Of a DNA stretch of 64,000 nt, positions 38,516 through 51,701 are shown one piece after another; positions within the stretch are counted from its first letter, which is position 1; each line of letters begins with the position of its first letter. The position numbers and the translations under genes are program-made. The stretch is from Lytechinus pictus (lineage: Eukaryota). The stretch covers positions 23,996,001-24,060,000 of the forward strand of contig NC_087245.1 in NCBI RefSeq assembly GCF_037042905.1, read 5' to 3'. The notes below the pieces were generated by a model. That model worked only from the letters and a program-made list of their open reading frames with translations, had not been told where the DNA came from and ran no database searches.

Positions 38516-39058
38516 CTGTGAATATAGAAAACAAAAAAATGTCACAATGAATACATCATTCGATTATTGTTCTTAATCACGCGTTGTCCAAATCAGCTTG
38601 AAGAGAGCTTTGAATACAAAACAATACAATGGCGAAAAGGAAACGCGTAAGTCATCTCTTATTTCCGTGTTCTTACAAAATGCTGCATCAAGGTATTTCT
38701 TGGTCAAATCCAATTAACGTTCAGTAAAGTTACTATCGTCTAATCATAAAAGGATCATCTTAGTTTTGATCAATTATTTGTATTCAACTTTGCGTTGGAT
38801 ACAAATCGATCACATCTAGTAAATACGGTCATTGACGTTTAAGAAATAATTGTGCATGACGGAAGGTCCAGTAGAATAATCAGATAAACTAACTCTAGAT
38901 AAAGCAAGAAAATGTTTTAAAATGCATTTTTTTTCAACCATCCGTTGTTCATTTCGGGGGAGCTGCCACAGGACAACATCAAACGCATAAATTGAGAGCT
39001 ACCTAATTATCAATTATGAATTCTATCTAAATCGATAAGTTAAAAGTTAGTTCAATAC

Positions 39059-39349
39059 CGTTGTAACTTGGCTTCCCAGTATCTGGAGATACTTCAAATG
39101 ATGGAAAGGACTGAAAACTCTGCTAGGAACCTCCGAAATGTTGTTCCTGTTCAGGTTCAGAGCCTTCGAGCCGACGCACTCCTCCGGGATACGACGCAGG
39201 TGTCTGCTGGAACAGTCTGCATCTCTGGCCCAGGGGACATAGTGACACAGCTGACCACAAGTTGTAGCTGCCGCAGGGGTAGTCGCCAGGTAAGAAACAA
39301 GGCCAAACAGGAGACACAGATGGTTGAACATGATTCTCATCTTGGACAT
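39059..39349 (-). CDS. LRR transmembrane receptor B, coding exon 1 (signal peptide, LRRNT, first LRRs)
   Basis: Signal peptide MSKMRIMFNHLCLLFGLVSYLATTPAAA, cap CGQLC...ADC, and a phase-0 donor ACG|GTATTG at 39059/39058. Confidence 0.9.
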
Positions 39350-40212
39350 CTTAATTCTATTATTAAAAAAATGGTACGGGAAGAGACAAGATTACGATTG
39401 CCGAATAGCAAAGACAGAGGATGTAAAAGCCTTCTTGACTCCTTGAGGAATTGATAGGAATGTTCTATTAAAAAATCGTAGAATAAGTTATTGAACCCTA
39501 TCTATTGATATATATATATACACATATATCAACTATTTCTGAGTATACTTGAACGCGAAAGAAATAAATTGTTTTTACCTTTATCAAAAAAAGAGAGAAA
39601 ATTCGAAATCAAATACATAAATAGGCTATTTTGAGCTTCGGTAATCAGGGTAATATCAATCAATGAAGTCATCAAGTCATTACTTCAGAGAACAATGCAA
39701 AGTTATCTGATCTTTATGAGGATGATGAGAGGGCGATCACAATCATATTTGCCTTATACATGTTTAAGGGAAAACATAAAAAATTTAGAGAGTAGTGCGT
39801 GGGATATACTGATCACCTTTATTGGGGAATACCAGAGGTATGTAGCACAACATTTGAGGGGCAGGACATGGCTAATGGGGCAATTTTTCATGATCGAATA
39901 ATGGCCGGGGGTGGGGCAGGGGAGTGCGCTCAAGCTCCTCCTCCCCATCTATACCCTGGTGGGGGAATACCTATGTCTTTAACCTCTTTTAATTTTGGTT
40001 TATTCACTTTTTTGTCAATTTTTTAGTGTGGTTAAATTGATTAAATGGTTACAACATGGTGGATGTCATTGTTTCCTTGCTGGCCTGATGTAGTAATCGT
40101 CGGGTTCATCCCCGAGTTTGTCAGAACTTCTTTATCGATGTTTCGTTGAAATCGTTCTGCCACAGCGGGATCGGAAGGTGTTTGTTTGGTTGTTCATCGT
40201 AATAAACTCTTT

Positions 40213-40492
40213 GGCCCGTATTGTGATAGCAGGTTTAAAGTTGTGGTTAAGTATGGAAGGCCAAAAGTATCAAAATTTTTATTAAGTTGTATGTTTCTTA
40301 TGTTTACTGTGCTCTTTCCTGATTCATCGATGGTGAAGACAATCATCTATTTATACTTCCTAGACAATTATGAATGATTTGATAGCCAAATGAGCTGAAG
40401 TATGATATCTCTACTGATAGTAATTTATGTAAAAATTGGCTATCCATACTTAAACCTGAGTTTAAGTTAAACCTGCTATCAGAATACGGGCC
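40213..40492. mobile_element. PIF/Harbinger-like MITE
   Basis: TIR GGCCCGTATT.TGATAGCAGGTTTAA / TTAAACCTGCTATCA.AATACGGGCC with 3-bp TTT flanks. Confidence 0.8.
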
Positions 40493-41874
40493 TTTCTCTT
40501 TGTCTCTATTATGCTTTTCCTTTTTTAATCTTGACCTACGATCCCTGAAAGTAGAATAGAGGGTAAGACACGTGTGCCCTAGTCCCAATGGCGTAGCTAG
40601 TCAAAGTAATGCGTACGTGCATGGAATCTAAATAGTCGCGAGTCAGCCCGGGAGGGTGTAAATAAGTAGGCCTACTTGAACATTAAAGAATGAAATATCA
40701 ATTTTATAAAAGATATTAACGTTATATCCTGAAAAAGAATCTTCACCTTTTACCATTGCCTTTTCCACTTTCTCTTCTTTGTATTTTTCTCTCTCGGTCG
40801 TTTGACTTCGTGGTGGGTTCGGGGGTGCCCCCCATCTTTATACGAAAATGTTTTTGGTGCTTTTCTCACTAATACCCCCCCCCCCCCCCCAAAAAAAAAA
40901 AAGGAAAGGAAAAACAAAACAACTGAGTGACTCCCGTACCTGCAATTGCGACATTATTTTATAAAGTCATACAGCTTAATTGGTTTCATGGTCTATCTCC
41001 TTTTTTCAATGATTTCCATTTCTTATGAGGCTGTTTGGCAGATTTACGACATATGGTCGCTAGTTTGCACCATAATGTCGTGAGGTTAGTTTCCTTTGGT
41101 ACAATGATCTGGAATTAAATGGCAAAATTGCATCACACAATATAATGAGTTGTAAAAAAAACAGGGACTATTCAGGGGCATTATGGACTGTTATACAGGC
41201 CTTTAATTGTCCCGTTAGTCACGTTCTTGAAACCATATAGATCATGTAGATAGTGCGGCTATTTCAGTATAGATCTACATTATATACGTTTGTTTATTTT
41301 TGTACTTGCGCAGTGCAAATATATTCGTGCATTGTGCAAAAAATGAACCATATTGAATCGATCAAGAGTCAATGTTTTACAACCATACATTAAAACACGA
41401 ATTAAATACACACATTCAAAGCAAATATAAAAAGAGTCATACAAACGACCGAGGGGGAGGGGAGGGATTCGCACCACCCCCACACGTCGCACAATGTCGT
41501 CTGCTTTTATTTTCCCTTTTCCTGCTTTTGCTGACCGTCACCGTCATACTAATAGGAATAGGAGCAAAATGTCGACGGTTTATTTCGGTGAACTATTTTT
41601 TGTGTGCTATTCAGATTTAACAGGCGGATGTGAATGTGTCGACATTTTTTTTTTCTCTTTTATAATATTTTCGAGAAATAACATTTCGACTTATTCTACC
41701 TCCGTTGTCATGGTTGTCGACCAATTAAATTTTTAACAAAACTATAGGCCGAAATGAAGCAAAGAATGGACTGCGTGCAGACCGCCTTCTTGATCTGACT
41801 CTGAGTAATAGGCCTACTATTTGTGTGGTTATTGGAAAACGAAAGCATTATAACTGCATATACTTTGTACTTAC

Positions 41875-42193
41875 TACAGTGTTACTAGTGAGTAGCGCAG
41901 CTATTAGATACAAGATGTTATACAGATCCTTGAAAAGTTGAAACAACCAATAATCAGCTTCTTCATATGCCACAAACCCGTGACTCGCTCGTATTGTATC
42001 GACAACAAAGAGTCTCCATTTGAACAGACTGTTCCCAGGCCAACTTGGACGTGCTCCAGTTCGAATTTCGTAGAGCAGCGTTTTGTGTTTCTTGCGTTCG
42101 CTGCGTGGGTCCGTTATAGACGAATCGCTATACATGTGTTGAAAAAGGGTCTTTCGTTCGACCCCTTTTGTTCTCAACTCATGCAGAGGCGTA
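41875..42193 (-). other. Candidate upstream exon (probably 5' UTR) of LRR receptor B
   Basis: GC-richer block with acceptor CGTTTTTTCAG and donor GTA|GTAAGT. No recognisable protein. Confidence 0.3.
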
Positions 42194-42690
42194 CTGAAAA
42201 AACGTGATAGTGGGCGTTGCAACACCACACAGTGTAGAGGCAGAGTCACTAATGGTTCTGTTACCTGTGTATTACAGAGCCAGGTTAATGGTGTCTGAGT
42301 GCAGTAATTCATATATTTCACATTTTCTTACAAACTAAACTTTCCATTTTCACAATTGCAAACAGCTAAATATTTACAAATAGGACATGTTAATCATCAA
42401 GAGCACACGGGCCCATATTGAACTCGGACTTCAAACTCTGGCTCTCAGTCGAAAGTTGTGGTTTAAATAGAATGGAATTAAGTCAATTAAGCCCATTAAG
42501 ACACAAATCTTTGACAGAACTCACAGAAGAGGTTTGGTTTCTTAGCATTTAACATCCAAATCATTCATAAACAGATAAATGTGTGCTGGTAAATAAGACA
42601 GTTGTCTTCACCATTGAAAAGAATGAGTAAAGACCACAGTAAAGATAAGAAACATACACTATATTATAAACACAGTTTGGCTTCCCTTAA

Positions 42691-43284
42691 AGGGGAATCC
42701 AACCCAATTAAAAACTTGTTTTTATAAGAAAAAGAAAAATCAGACAAGTCGATAGGTGAAAGTTTGAACAGTATTGGACAAACAACAAGAAAGTTATACA
42801 TTTTTAAAAGTTGTAAATATTGGTAATCACTATACCCATGGAGACTTCAAATTGGCCGCATATGGGATGTCATAGTGATGTAAGGCAAGGACTACTCTTC
42901 CATGTACTCCAATACATATTATGGCTAAAATGTCATTTTCCCAAAAGTTTTATTTCAAATTACATTTTTCTTTAATGAGGACATAAAACAATATACTACC
43001 TGGGTTATATTTAGATTACTGCCCCAGGGGAATGGGTACTTAGGAGAAAACCACAAATCCCTGATAATAAAGTACATGGCCTATGGGAAAGTTGTCCTTG
43101 CCTCTTGTCATAATTTACTTACCCAGTTGCCAATTTGAAATCTACATACTATTAATGATCTCAAGTTTAAAGCAGCTATAACTTTCTTATTGCTTGTCCG
43201 ATTTCTTTCAAACTTTCACCATTCTGTTTAATTGATTTTTCTCCTTCCTAACACAACATTTTATGGCCAAGGTTGGATTCCCCT
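42691..43284. mobile_element. Kolobok-like MITE
   Basis: TTAA|AGGGGAATCCAACC...GGTTGGATTCCCCT|TTAA. Confidence 0.88.
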
Positions 43285-44639
43285 TTAATTTGGCACAGAG
43301 TTGTTACACCATCAAAGTGGAGACGTCATAATAATACTGGTCACTGAGTCATCTCTTTGATTCATAGTCCAGTCAATATAGGGTTTGACCCACCACTAAT
43401 TGCAACACGAGATATTCCACTGCAATGCTTTCAAGGAAGGTCCCCTAAACAACATACTAAAAGTCCCAAGAAATCCAAGCAGTGGAAATTTATTAAATTT
43501 GCATGTTATGCAAATTAGCCATAAAAAGTAAGAAAAATAAGGAAAATAGCCCAAAGATTACAAATTGAGTGTCCAAAACAATTTAATTTGAGCGAAAATT
43601 CATGATGAATAACTGTATTCAATGTTTTTTGTCAAAAGTGCAAAAAAATCTAAATGATTTGCATAATATGCAAATAAGCATCCTTATATGGAAAAATGTG
43701 TAGGTATTGTGATTTTTCTCTCATTATCTGCTTAAAAATTTCATTAATGTTGGAATTTACATGCTGCTATCACTAAGGACGTTGAATACATTTGTATTCA
43801 GCTTAGTGTCTGTAGTGTAATTTGCATATTATGCAAATAAAAGTATCTAACATGTTATAAATATTCAAGAAAACACACTGGTGATACATCCCTCAAAAAT
43901 TACAAGTAGATTATCTATTGAAATTGGAATATGGCAATACCTTACAGGAAGGTTTCCTAAACACCATATTAAAAGTCCTTAAATATACAAGCATATGGGA
44001 AAATCACAAAATTTGCATTTTATGCAAATTAGCCATAATAAATTACAAATAAGGAAAATAATCCAAATATTGGAAATCAATACGAATTGAACTGAAGCCC
44101 ATGACAAGTTTTACAAATTTAATTATGTTTTAGATAAAAAATCGTAAATAAATCTACCTCATTTGCATATATATGAGCATCTTTATATGGAAAAAGTCCA
44201 GAAATTTTAATTTTTCTCACAAAAACAGTTATGAAAACATTTCAGTCTAGATCAATATGATTTGATCACTAAGAATGGCAAATACATTAATAATCAGCTT
44301 AATATCTGAAGTGTAATTTACATATTATGCAAATAAGCATCCGACATGTTATAAATATTCAAGGAAACACATAAGTGATACTTTCCTCTAAAATTCCATG
44401 TAGATTATGTGTATTAACCATGATGACCTTAATTCCCTACACTTCTTGCTTGGTTGATATTGAGTTTTGTCACGAGCAGTTACCCCACTCATATTGTACA
44501 ATGATGAATCAATTCTACATGGATCCCACTGCTTGAATGTTTCATTATTTCCATCCAAGACTTGCTCTCTTCTTGACTTTGTATAGAGACTTTGCGTTTC
44601 TTGCGAGTATAGTCCACGCTAGCAACTCCTGGATTGCCA

Positions 44640-45186
44640 AGTGATCAGCACAAGATGTCACACCCGTACAAATAAAAGCCCATTAGCTTCGAATATTTGG
44701 TCCTTGTAGCACACCAATTAGCTTATAAACTTGGGGTCCTTGTATTTAAAGCGCTTAACGATAAATCTCCACCCTACATCTCAGAGCTCTTATCTCAGCA
44801 TAGACCAACACGCAGTCTCAGATCAGCAGCTCAAGCATTGCTGAGGGAATCTCTCAGCCACACAACCTGGGGTGACAGAGCCTTCTACATCTCTGGACCA
44901 AAGCTGTGGAATAGCCTTCCCCAATTTATCAGGAGAGCAGAGACCCAATCAACTTTTGAGTCTTACCTGAAGACCTTTCTGTTCCCCACTCCAACATTAT
45001 CCCAAGACAAGAATAACTCAATTGTAGCATTACTAGGACAGTACTTGAACTGAATGATGATCCTAAGCACTGTTTGAAGACATTGAAATTTGTGAGATAT
45101 TTCCTATTTTTGAGCAAGCGCCATGAGCGCCCAGCTGAGGCGGATACCGACGCTTTACAAGAACCCATCATCATCATCATCATCAC
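44640..45186 (+). mobile_element. 3' fragment of an L2-clade LINE
   Basis: YKLGVLVFKAL...PPYISELL...RSLRS...GDRAFYISGPKLWNSLP...LKTFLF, ending in a (CAT)n tail at about 45166-45185. Confidence 0.85.
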
Positions 45187-45699
45187 TTGTCTTGGTGGTG
45201 AATATGAGTACTTGCTTGGATCACAAGATCTCTAGGCATGCTTAATAAGAGTAACAATGGGCATTTGCCTATACGAGCGACATGAAAGCCATTCATAAAT
45301 TCATGATGAAGGCTTAAAGTGCATTATAGGCATCTTTCTCAGATACAGGAATCGTAATTAGACGTTCTTGCTGAATCCAGTTGCTGCTTCATGTTGAAGC
45401 ATCCATTTTCTGTTCTCTCCTCTTTGATAAATCTCCTATGGCAACCATCTCAAAATATTAAAGCTATAGTTTCTAAGTAAGTCGTATGCAAATAATAATA
45501 TTAATTTCCTGATATGTATGGTAAACATAAATTCCTCAGTGAGACAATGAACAAACCAGATGGAGAACTAAGCCAGATTATTGCCTTTCCAACAAGAGGA
45601 CACAACATAATGGAACACCCTTAACATCACCATCAAATACCATCCAACATTGATTAGACAGTGTGTACCACTTCCAAGATTTATTTGCCACAATGTGCT

Positions 45700-46560
45700 A
45701 CTCATGGGTATACTGTGAGGTTATCCAGAGGAATAAACATTTTATGGTACGACTAAGGATGTTCTTCTGGAGGAATGCTGACTTTAATAGTGTCATGCAG
45801 ATGTACTTTGGACAATCATACAACTCTCTGTACTGAAATCCGACAAGTCGAGCATAGGAGACTGAATGCCAATCAAGAGGAATTTAACAAGAACACACCG
45901 TTAACCATGTCTTCTTCCGACACAAGTTGCCTCAATGAGAGAATGGACATAAGTTGTGTCGGAAGATGTCAAGAGTTTCAGAGAAAGTCTAGGAAGGCTT
46001 GCACATTTTAGAGCTCCAAAAGCATCAGTAAGGTAAAGCTCAGAATTGCTACAATGCATTAAAGAGGACCATAAGAGGGTTTGTAGTCAAGCCTATAATA
46101 CATAATTTGTTGACCGGATTGACAATGATCCAGGCTGTAACAATTAGCATGTTGGGAGCCCTTAATATCAATAGATATGACTACATTGGAATATCATTAT
46201 TAAAGGAAGGCAAAGATTTTTAGTCTTAGTATTCACCACTGATCATGATGATGATGACGCTGAAGTCCTGGGACCCAGTCCTGACCCAGATATGGCCAGA
46301 TAACATATTGTTTAGTCAAGCAGGTGTAGCCAGACTACTGAAGAAATTGTTAAAGAAAACAACCTGCATGAAGCTGCTAGGCCAGACGGAATATCTGCTG
46401 CACTTCTTAATGAGACTACTCATCAGATCTTACCTGCCATAAGTTTGCTTTTCCTGGCCTCCCTTTATCATGTTTATGCGGTGAAATTTCAAGAAAGTCT
46501 AAGTCGTTCCCATCCATATATAAGAAAGGGTTGTCAACTCTAACAAACTACACACCAATT
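45700..46560 (+). mobile_element. Heavily degenerate CR1/Jockey-group LINE ORF2 remnant
   Basis: Frameshifted pieces resembling VPHKMSSS..LPW and GV..LL...KAAGPDGI...LL.....I.P...LLF..SL from the linker before the RT domain. Confidence 0.5.
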
Positions 46561-47473
46561 CAAATGCTTTGTTCTTGCCAATCCCATCATCTTGTCAGAC
46601 TAACGCTTAAGAAGCGAAGAACATATTTCAAGTATTTTTCCTTGAATATAAATCATATTAGGATAGATTTGAATGCTTAGTGATAGCAGCATATTAATTT
46701 GAAAAACTTAAATGTTTTCACTGCAGTCAATGTGATAAAAATCTAAATTTCTTGACATTTTCCATATAAGGATACTTATTTGCATAATATGCAAATGAGG
46801 CAGATTTGCTAGCTCTTTTAAATATAGACATTGAACTTATTTATTCATCATGTTCAAAATTACTTGCTGTGGACATTTAATTTTTCTCATTTCTCATTTT
46901 CTATTTTTTTAAATGGCTAATTTGCATAATATGCAAATTAATTTTCAGGCATTGGGATGAATTCTCATGCTTAGTTATATAGTAGCATATTAATGTCAAC
47001 ATTAATGAAATGTTTTCAAGCAGTCTATATGAGAAAAATCACAATATCTTGACATTTTTTCCATATAAGGATGCTTATTTGCATAATATGCAAATGAGGT
47101 AGACATTTTTGCACTTTTGATTGAAAACATTGACTTCAGTTATTTATCATGAATTTCCATTCAAATCAAATTATTTTGGACATTTAATTTGTACTCTTTG
47201 GATTATTTCCCTTCTTTTTCTAATTTTTCATGGCTAATTTGCATAATATGCAAATTTCATAAATTTCCACTGCTTGGATTTCTTGGGACTTTTAGTATGT
47301 TGTTTATGGGACCTTCCTGGAAAGCATTTCAGTGGAATATCTCGTGTTGCAATTAGTGGTGGGTTACCCCCCTATTCTGGCTAGATTGACTGGACTATTA
47401 CTGACATTTGGAATAAAGGTTTTACAATATTTCATGTTAAAGAAGCTAGATAAAAGAAAAAAGAAGAATAAAT

Positions 47474-49116
47474 GGTCACACTTCGTAATTCCGAAACACG
47501 CAATTTGCCTAGGCAATGTTCGTTAATCCGAAAACGAAAAAGGGTTCGTTAATCCGAACATTTGTGACGTTATTAAAGGTTCGTTAATCCGAAAACGAAA
47601 TAAGGTTCGTTATTCCGAAGGCTCGTTGATCCGAAAAATGAAATAAGGTTTGTTAATCGGAAAATGAAATAAGGTTCCTTATTCCGAAGGTTCGTTACTC
47701 CGAAAAAAATGATATAATCTTTTGTGATGCTGGGAAAACCCGAAGGACAAGCTTGGTGGAGGGGTAGAAACACTGTCTCTGTTCAAGTGTTGGATGTGAA
47801 GGCAGCTAGGGGTGCGGCGGTTTTTTGTTGTTTTTTTTGGGGGGGGGGAGCAAAGTAAAAAAAGGGCACTTATATATCAAAATGGGCATTTTGATGATAT
47901 TTTCACCATGAGATATTCATCTGCGTGATGTCGTTATGTGTTTTGTAGTAATCAAGTTGAGCAAAGCCCTTTTGAAGTGATTTCTGATCATTATTATTAT
48001 AAGACATATATTGAGGCTTTTTGGGCGGTTTGGAAAAAAATCAAATCTGAAGTTCGCTTTTTGTCATTTTCTGGGCTTATTAGGCCCTACTGTTAAAAGG
48101 GCATCGTCGAGAGATGTTGCGAGCGTTAATTGCAAGCTCAAACTTTTGGACATTTCAATAAGAAATTTAAACCAAACATACCGAGTAGTTCTTGTAATCA
48201 TGAATCAGTTGCGTATCTAAGTAAATAATTATCGGGAGCGCGAAGCGCGAGCTGGAATTTTTGAAATACTGACAGAAACGGAATATGTGAAGGACGACAT
48301 TTAGTGACTCATGAATAAGATGCATATATATATCCAGTCGAATAATGTGAGCATGAATCGCGAGCTGAAAATTTATGATATTTCAACCTGAATACTGGAC
48401 ATTCTAGGCATTTTTATAAACAGAAACAGGGTGAGCACCTTGCTACATAATAACCTAAATTAACCTAAATTATGTTGTACTTCAAAAAGGGTATTTAGTT
48501 TCTAATTTTGAAAAAGGGCATTTTCCATTTTGAAAAAGGGGTTTGTTTTTTCCCTACGGGGATTTCTTTTTTACCAGCAGAAGTTATTAATAATGACACT
48601 GTTTCCCCTAAAAAAATTCCCCCTTTTCTGGAGGTTATTCACATGTGACTAACACACAGTCCCCAATATTCTTAATCCATTTGCTCAGGCAGCAATTGCT
48701 AAGAGAAAATCAAAATTAAGATACTTGATCCACGCGGCAATACTTGATGCAATACATGCTTTGACCACAGCATACACATGTATCATCCTCCGTTGGAACT
48801 ATTGCATAATGCTATATTTTTTAAATACAATACCGTGTCTGTTACTAAAACAAATTAATCTTATTTTTGGACTAACGAGCCTTCGGAATAATGAACCTTA
48901 TTTCTTTTCTGATTAACGTACCTTCGAATTATCAAACGTTATTTCGTTTTCGGATTAACGAAACTTATTTCGTTTTCGGACTAACGAACCTTAAACCGTT
49001 TTCGGACTAGTTACGATCCTTCGGAATTTCGAACCTTATTTCGTTTTCGGATTAACAAACCTTCGGAATATACGAACTTTCGAAATAACGAACCTTCGGA
49101 ATTACGAATGTAACCC
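47474..49116. mobile_element. TIR element with AAGGTTCGTTAATCCGAA subterminal arrays and an 8-bp TSD (Merlin-like, tentative)
   Basis: Ends GGTCACACTTCGTAATTCCGAA / TTCGGAATTACGAATGTAACCC. Flanks GAATAAAT / AAATAAAT, with an exact GAATAAAT in the duplicated end at 55045. Confidence 0.75.
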
Positions 49117-49910
49117 AAATAAATCATGGTTATCAATCCCGGGGGCGGGGGGCGAAATTATTTTTCCCACCGAGTTCTGGACCAACATATGAATATTCAT
49201 GACTTGCGTCTTCGGATTAAGAATACGCATGCGCGTGGTCGCAAGCGTTCACGTTGCTCAGAATGAATTATTAGCATCGTCAAATTACCGGTACCCTTAC
49301 ATAGTTACATAGGTCTTATAGGCTTAGATCTATTTAAACACTTATCAAACTAGCTGCCATTAATGGCAAGACATGTGCTAGGCTAGGGCTAGCTTAGGCT
49401 AGCGCATTAACTTTACCTCAAATCTGGACCTGTCTAATGCCTAATACTAATAGTAATAGCCGACTAATGCCATGGTTAACTTCGAACGGGGTCAATTCCG
49501 AACTTTACGTTTGATTTTATTTACCATGGTTTAATATGTCTAGTCCGTATACAGAACCAGTCCTAGATCTAAAAAAAAAAATATCTTAGTTCTAGTCTAG
49601 TCTCTAGATCTAGACTCTGATCTACGCTGTATCAGCATGGAACAACTAGTGTACCAAGGGGGGGGGGGGCAGACTGCCCCCTGACGATTTACAACTGATC
49701 CAGGGGACGTGCCCCCTCCCCCCCTTTGAGAAGCCAAATTAATAATTTGTAATGTCAAAATGCAACAAAAAAGACTTATGTCCCCTCTTTTGAACGTGAA
49801 GATCTTTTCTTTTTCTTTTTTTTTTGCTTGTCAAATTTTTTCAGCTAAGAAATGATTAATTTGGGGTGAAGACGGGGATCAAGATCACTGACGTTAGAAT
49901 ACGTTCCATG

Positions 49911-51515
49911 CACTGCAGTGGCGTAGCTAGGATTTTTTTCCTGGGGGGGGGGGCACTGGGGGGGTCCTTGCTTTTTCATGGGGGGGGGGGGCACCGGCCA
50001 TTTTTTCCGGTGTGTGTGTATGTGTCAAAAGGGCGGATCGGACTTTCGCCAATAGGGGACGGGGCCCGAAATTATCTTCACCTATATTTTCCCCGATCAG
50101 TCACGTCTTAGTTTTATTCTTATAAAACACCATAAACATGAAATAATCTCATAAGCCTTATAAAAAGTGTGAGCGCGAAGCGCGAGCGATTTAAAAAAGT
50201 ATATTATGGGCGATGGTATGTGTGATCCTGAACAAGATTCGTATGTAACTAGATGGTTACTGCAAACGCCAAGCACGAGCAGAAATTTGTATTAACTGTT
50301 CTAGCATTATCGAAAAGGGACCTGTTAAGGACTAGATTTCATTTACCCACGAAGACGGTATATATTTCAATAATGCGAGCGCGAAGCGCGATCAATTTTT
50401 GACATTCCGACCTAAAAAATTGTCATTCTAAGCACTTTTTGTATTAATAAATGGGATAGGATGTAACTAAACAATTGATGCGAGCGCGAAGCGCGAGAGG
50501 AAGAAAATTGAGATTTTAGACCTAAAAGCAGGACACTCTATTCATTTTTGTAATCATAAATAGGATATAGTTAATTGGGTATCATTAATAATGCGATCGT
50601 GAAGCGTGAGCAGACAATTATTGATATTCTGATGTGAAACTGGATAATTTAAATACATTTTAAATAAAGAACCGTGATGCAGGCTATCGCGCATGTTTTA
50701 TATTTAGACCTAGAATCTGGGCATTCTGAATACATTTGTTTAATGGAACATTATGGAATACACGTAGACATTATGAACTTGGCAAATCAAACAATTTGAC
50801 CACGCAGCGTGAGCTTAAAATGCTGATATGTAGACCATAAAACGGACATTTTACAGAGCACTTAAATTTGTAAATAGAATAAAAAATAATGAAAGCTCGA
50901 ACGAAGTCCGAGCTAAAATATGTTTTGTGTATTGACTTCAAAACTTGCTCCATATCAGCCTATTGAGCAAGATATGAATCTCATCGAACAGGCTATTCTG
51001 GCGCGAAGCGCAAGCAAAAATTTAATATAGTAACATGAAAGATTTTTTTTTTCAAGTCTTCATCTCACATTATTTCATTCACACGCCTTCCCTTTTTTTT
51101 CCTCTTCTTTTTTTTTTCTTCTGTCTTTATTCTTCTTTTCCGTTTTCTTTTCTTCTTTCTCCCCTTTTTTTTTTGCTCTACCAATTTTTTTCTGGTGGGG
51201 GGGGGGGGGCACACCAAATCTCAGGGGGGGGCACATGCCCCCAGCCCCCCCCCCCCCCCCGTAGCTACGCTTCTGATGCACTGGCGTACCTAGGATTTTC
51301 CAAAAGGGGGGCAAATTTTTAGAGGATATTTCGTCCACGAAATAATGTGACAAGCCCCCCCTCCACAAAAAAAGATCTTCACGTTCAAAAGAGGGGACAT
51401 ACGTCTTTTTCATTGCATATTTACATTACAAAATATTAATTTGGCTTCTCAAGGGAATCAGTTGTGACTCGTCAGAGGGGCAGTCTGCCCCCCCCCCCCC
51501 TTTGGTACACTAGTG
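49911..51515. mobile_element. Small hAT-like element interrupted in its first bases by 49916-51275; same family as 62230-62538
   Basis: Reconstructed CACTGGCGTACC...GGTACACTAGTG. TSD GTTCCATG at 49903-49910 and 51516-51523. Confidence 0.8.
49916..51275. mobile_element. hAT-like non-autonomous element
   Basis: CAGTGGCGTAGCTA...TAGCTACGCTTCTG. TSD ATGCACTG at 49908-49915 and 51276-51283. Confidence 0.87.
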
Positions 51516-51701
51516 GTTCCATGCTGATACAGCGTAGATCGTAGTCTAGATCTAGAGACTAGACTCGAACTAAGATATTTTTTTTTAGATCTAGGACTGG
51601 TTTTGTATACGGACTAGACAAACCATGGCAAATAAGCTAACATTTGTCTAAACCTAATTAAACGTAAAGTTCGAAGTTAACCATGGCATTAGTCGGCTAT
51701 T

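Larger units (their letters stand above)
43365..47397. mobile_element. 4-kb long-TIR element (Academ-like TAG termini, tentative) carrying LINE remnants
   Basis: TAGTCCAGTCAAT...ATTGACTGGACTA. Arms of at least 400 bp are reverse complements and are themselves built from subrepeats of about 500 bp. Confidence 0.82.

Noticed and set aside
13529..39349. Calling the LRR genes Toll-like receptors or assigning gene symbols
   Set aside because: Neither tail has a TIR domain, and orthology cannot be established from the sequence alone.
37526..39454. Plus-strand ORFs overlapping receptor B (likewise those over receptor A and the LINE)
   Set aside because: These are antisense shadow ORFs of real coding sequence.
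41848..42321. 157-aa minus-strand ORF as a protein-coding gene
   Set aside because: No recognisable motif. It is kept only as a low-confidence UTR exon candidate.
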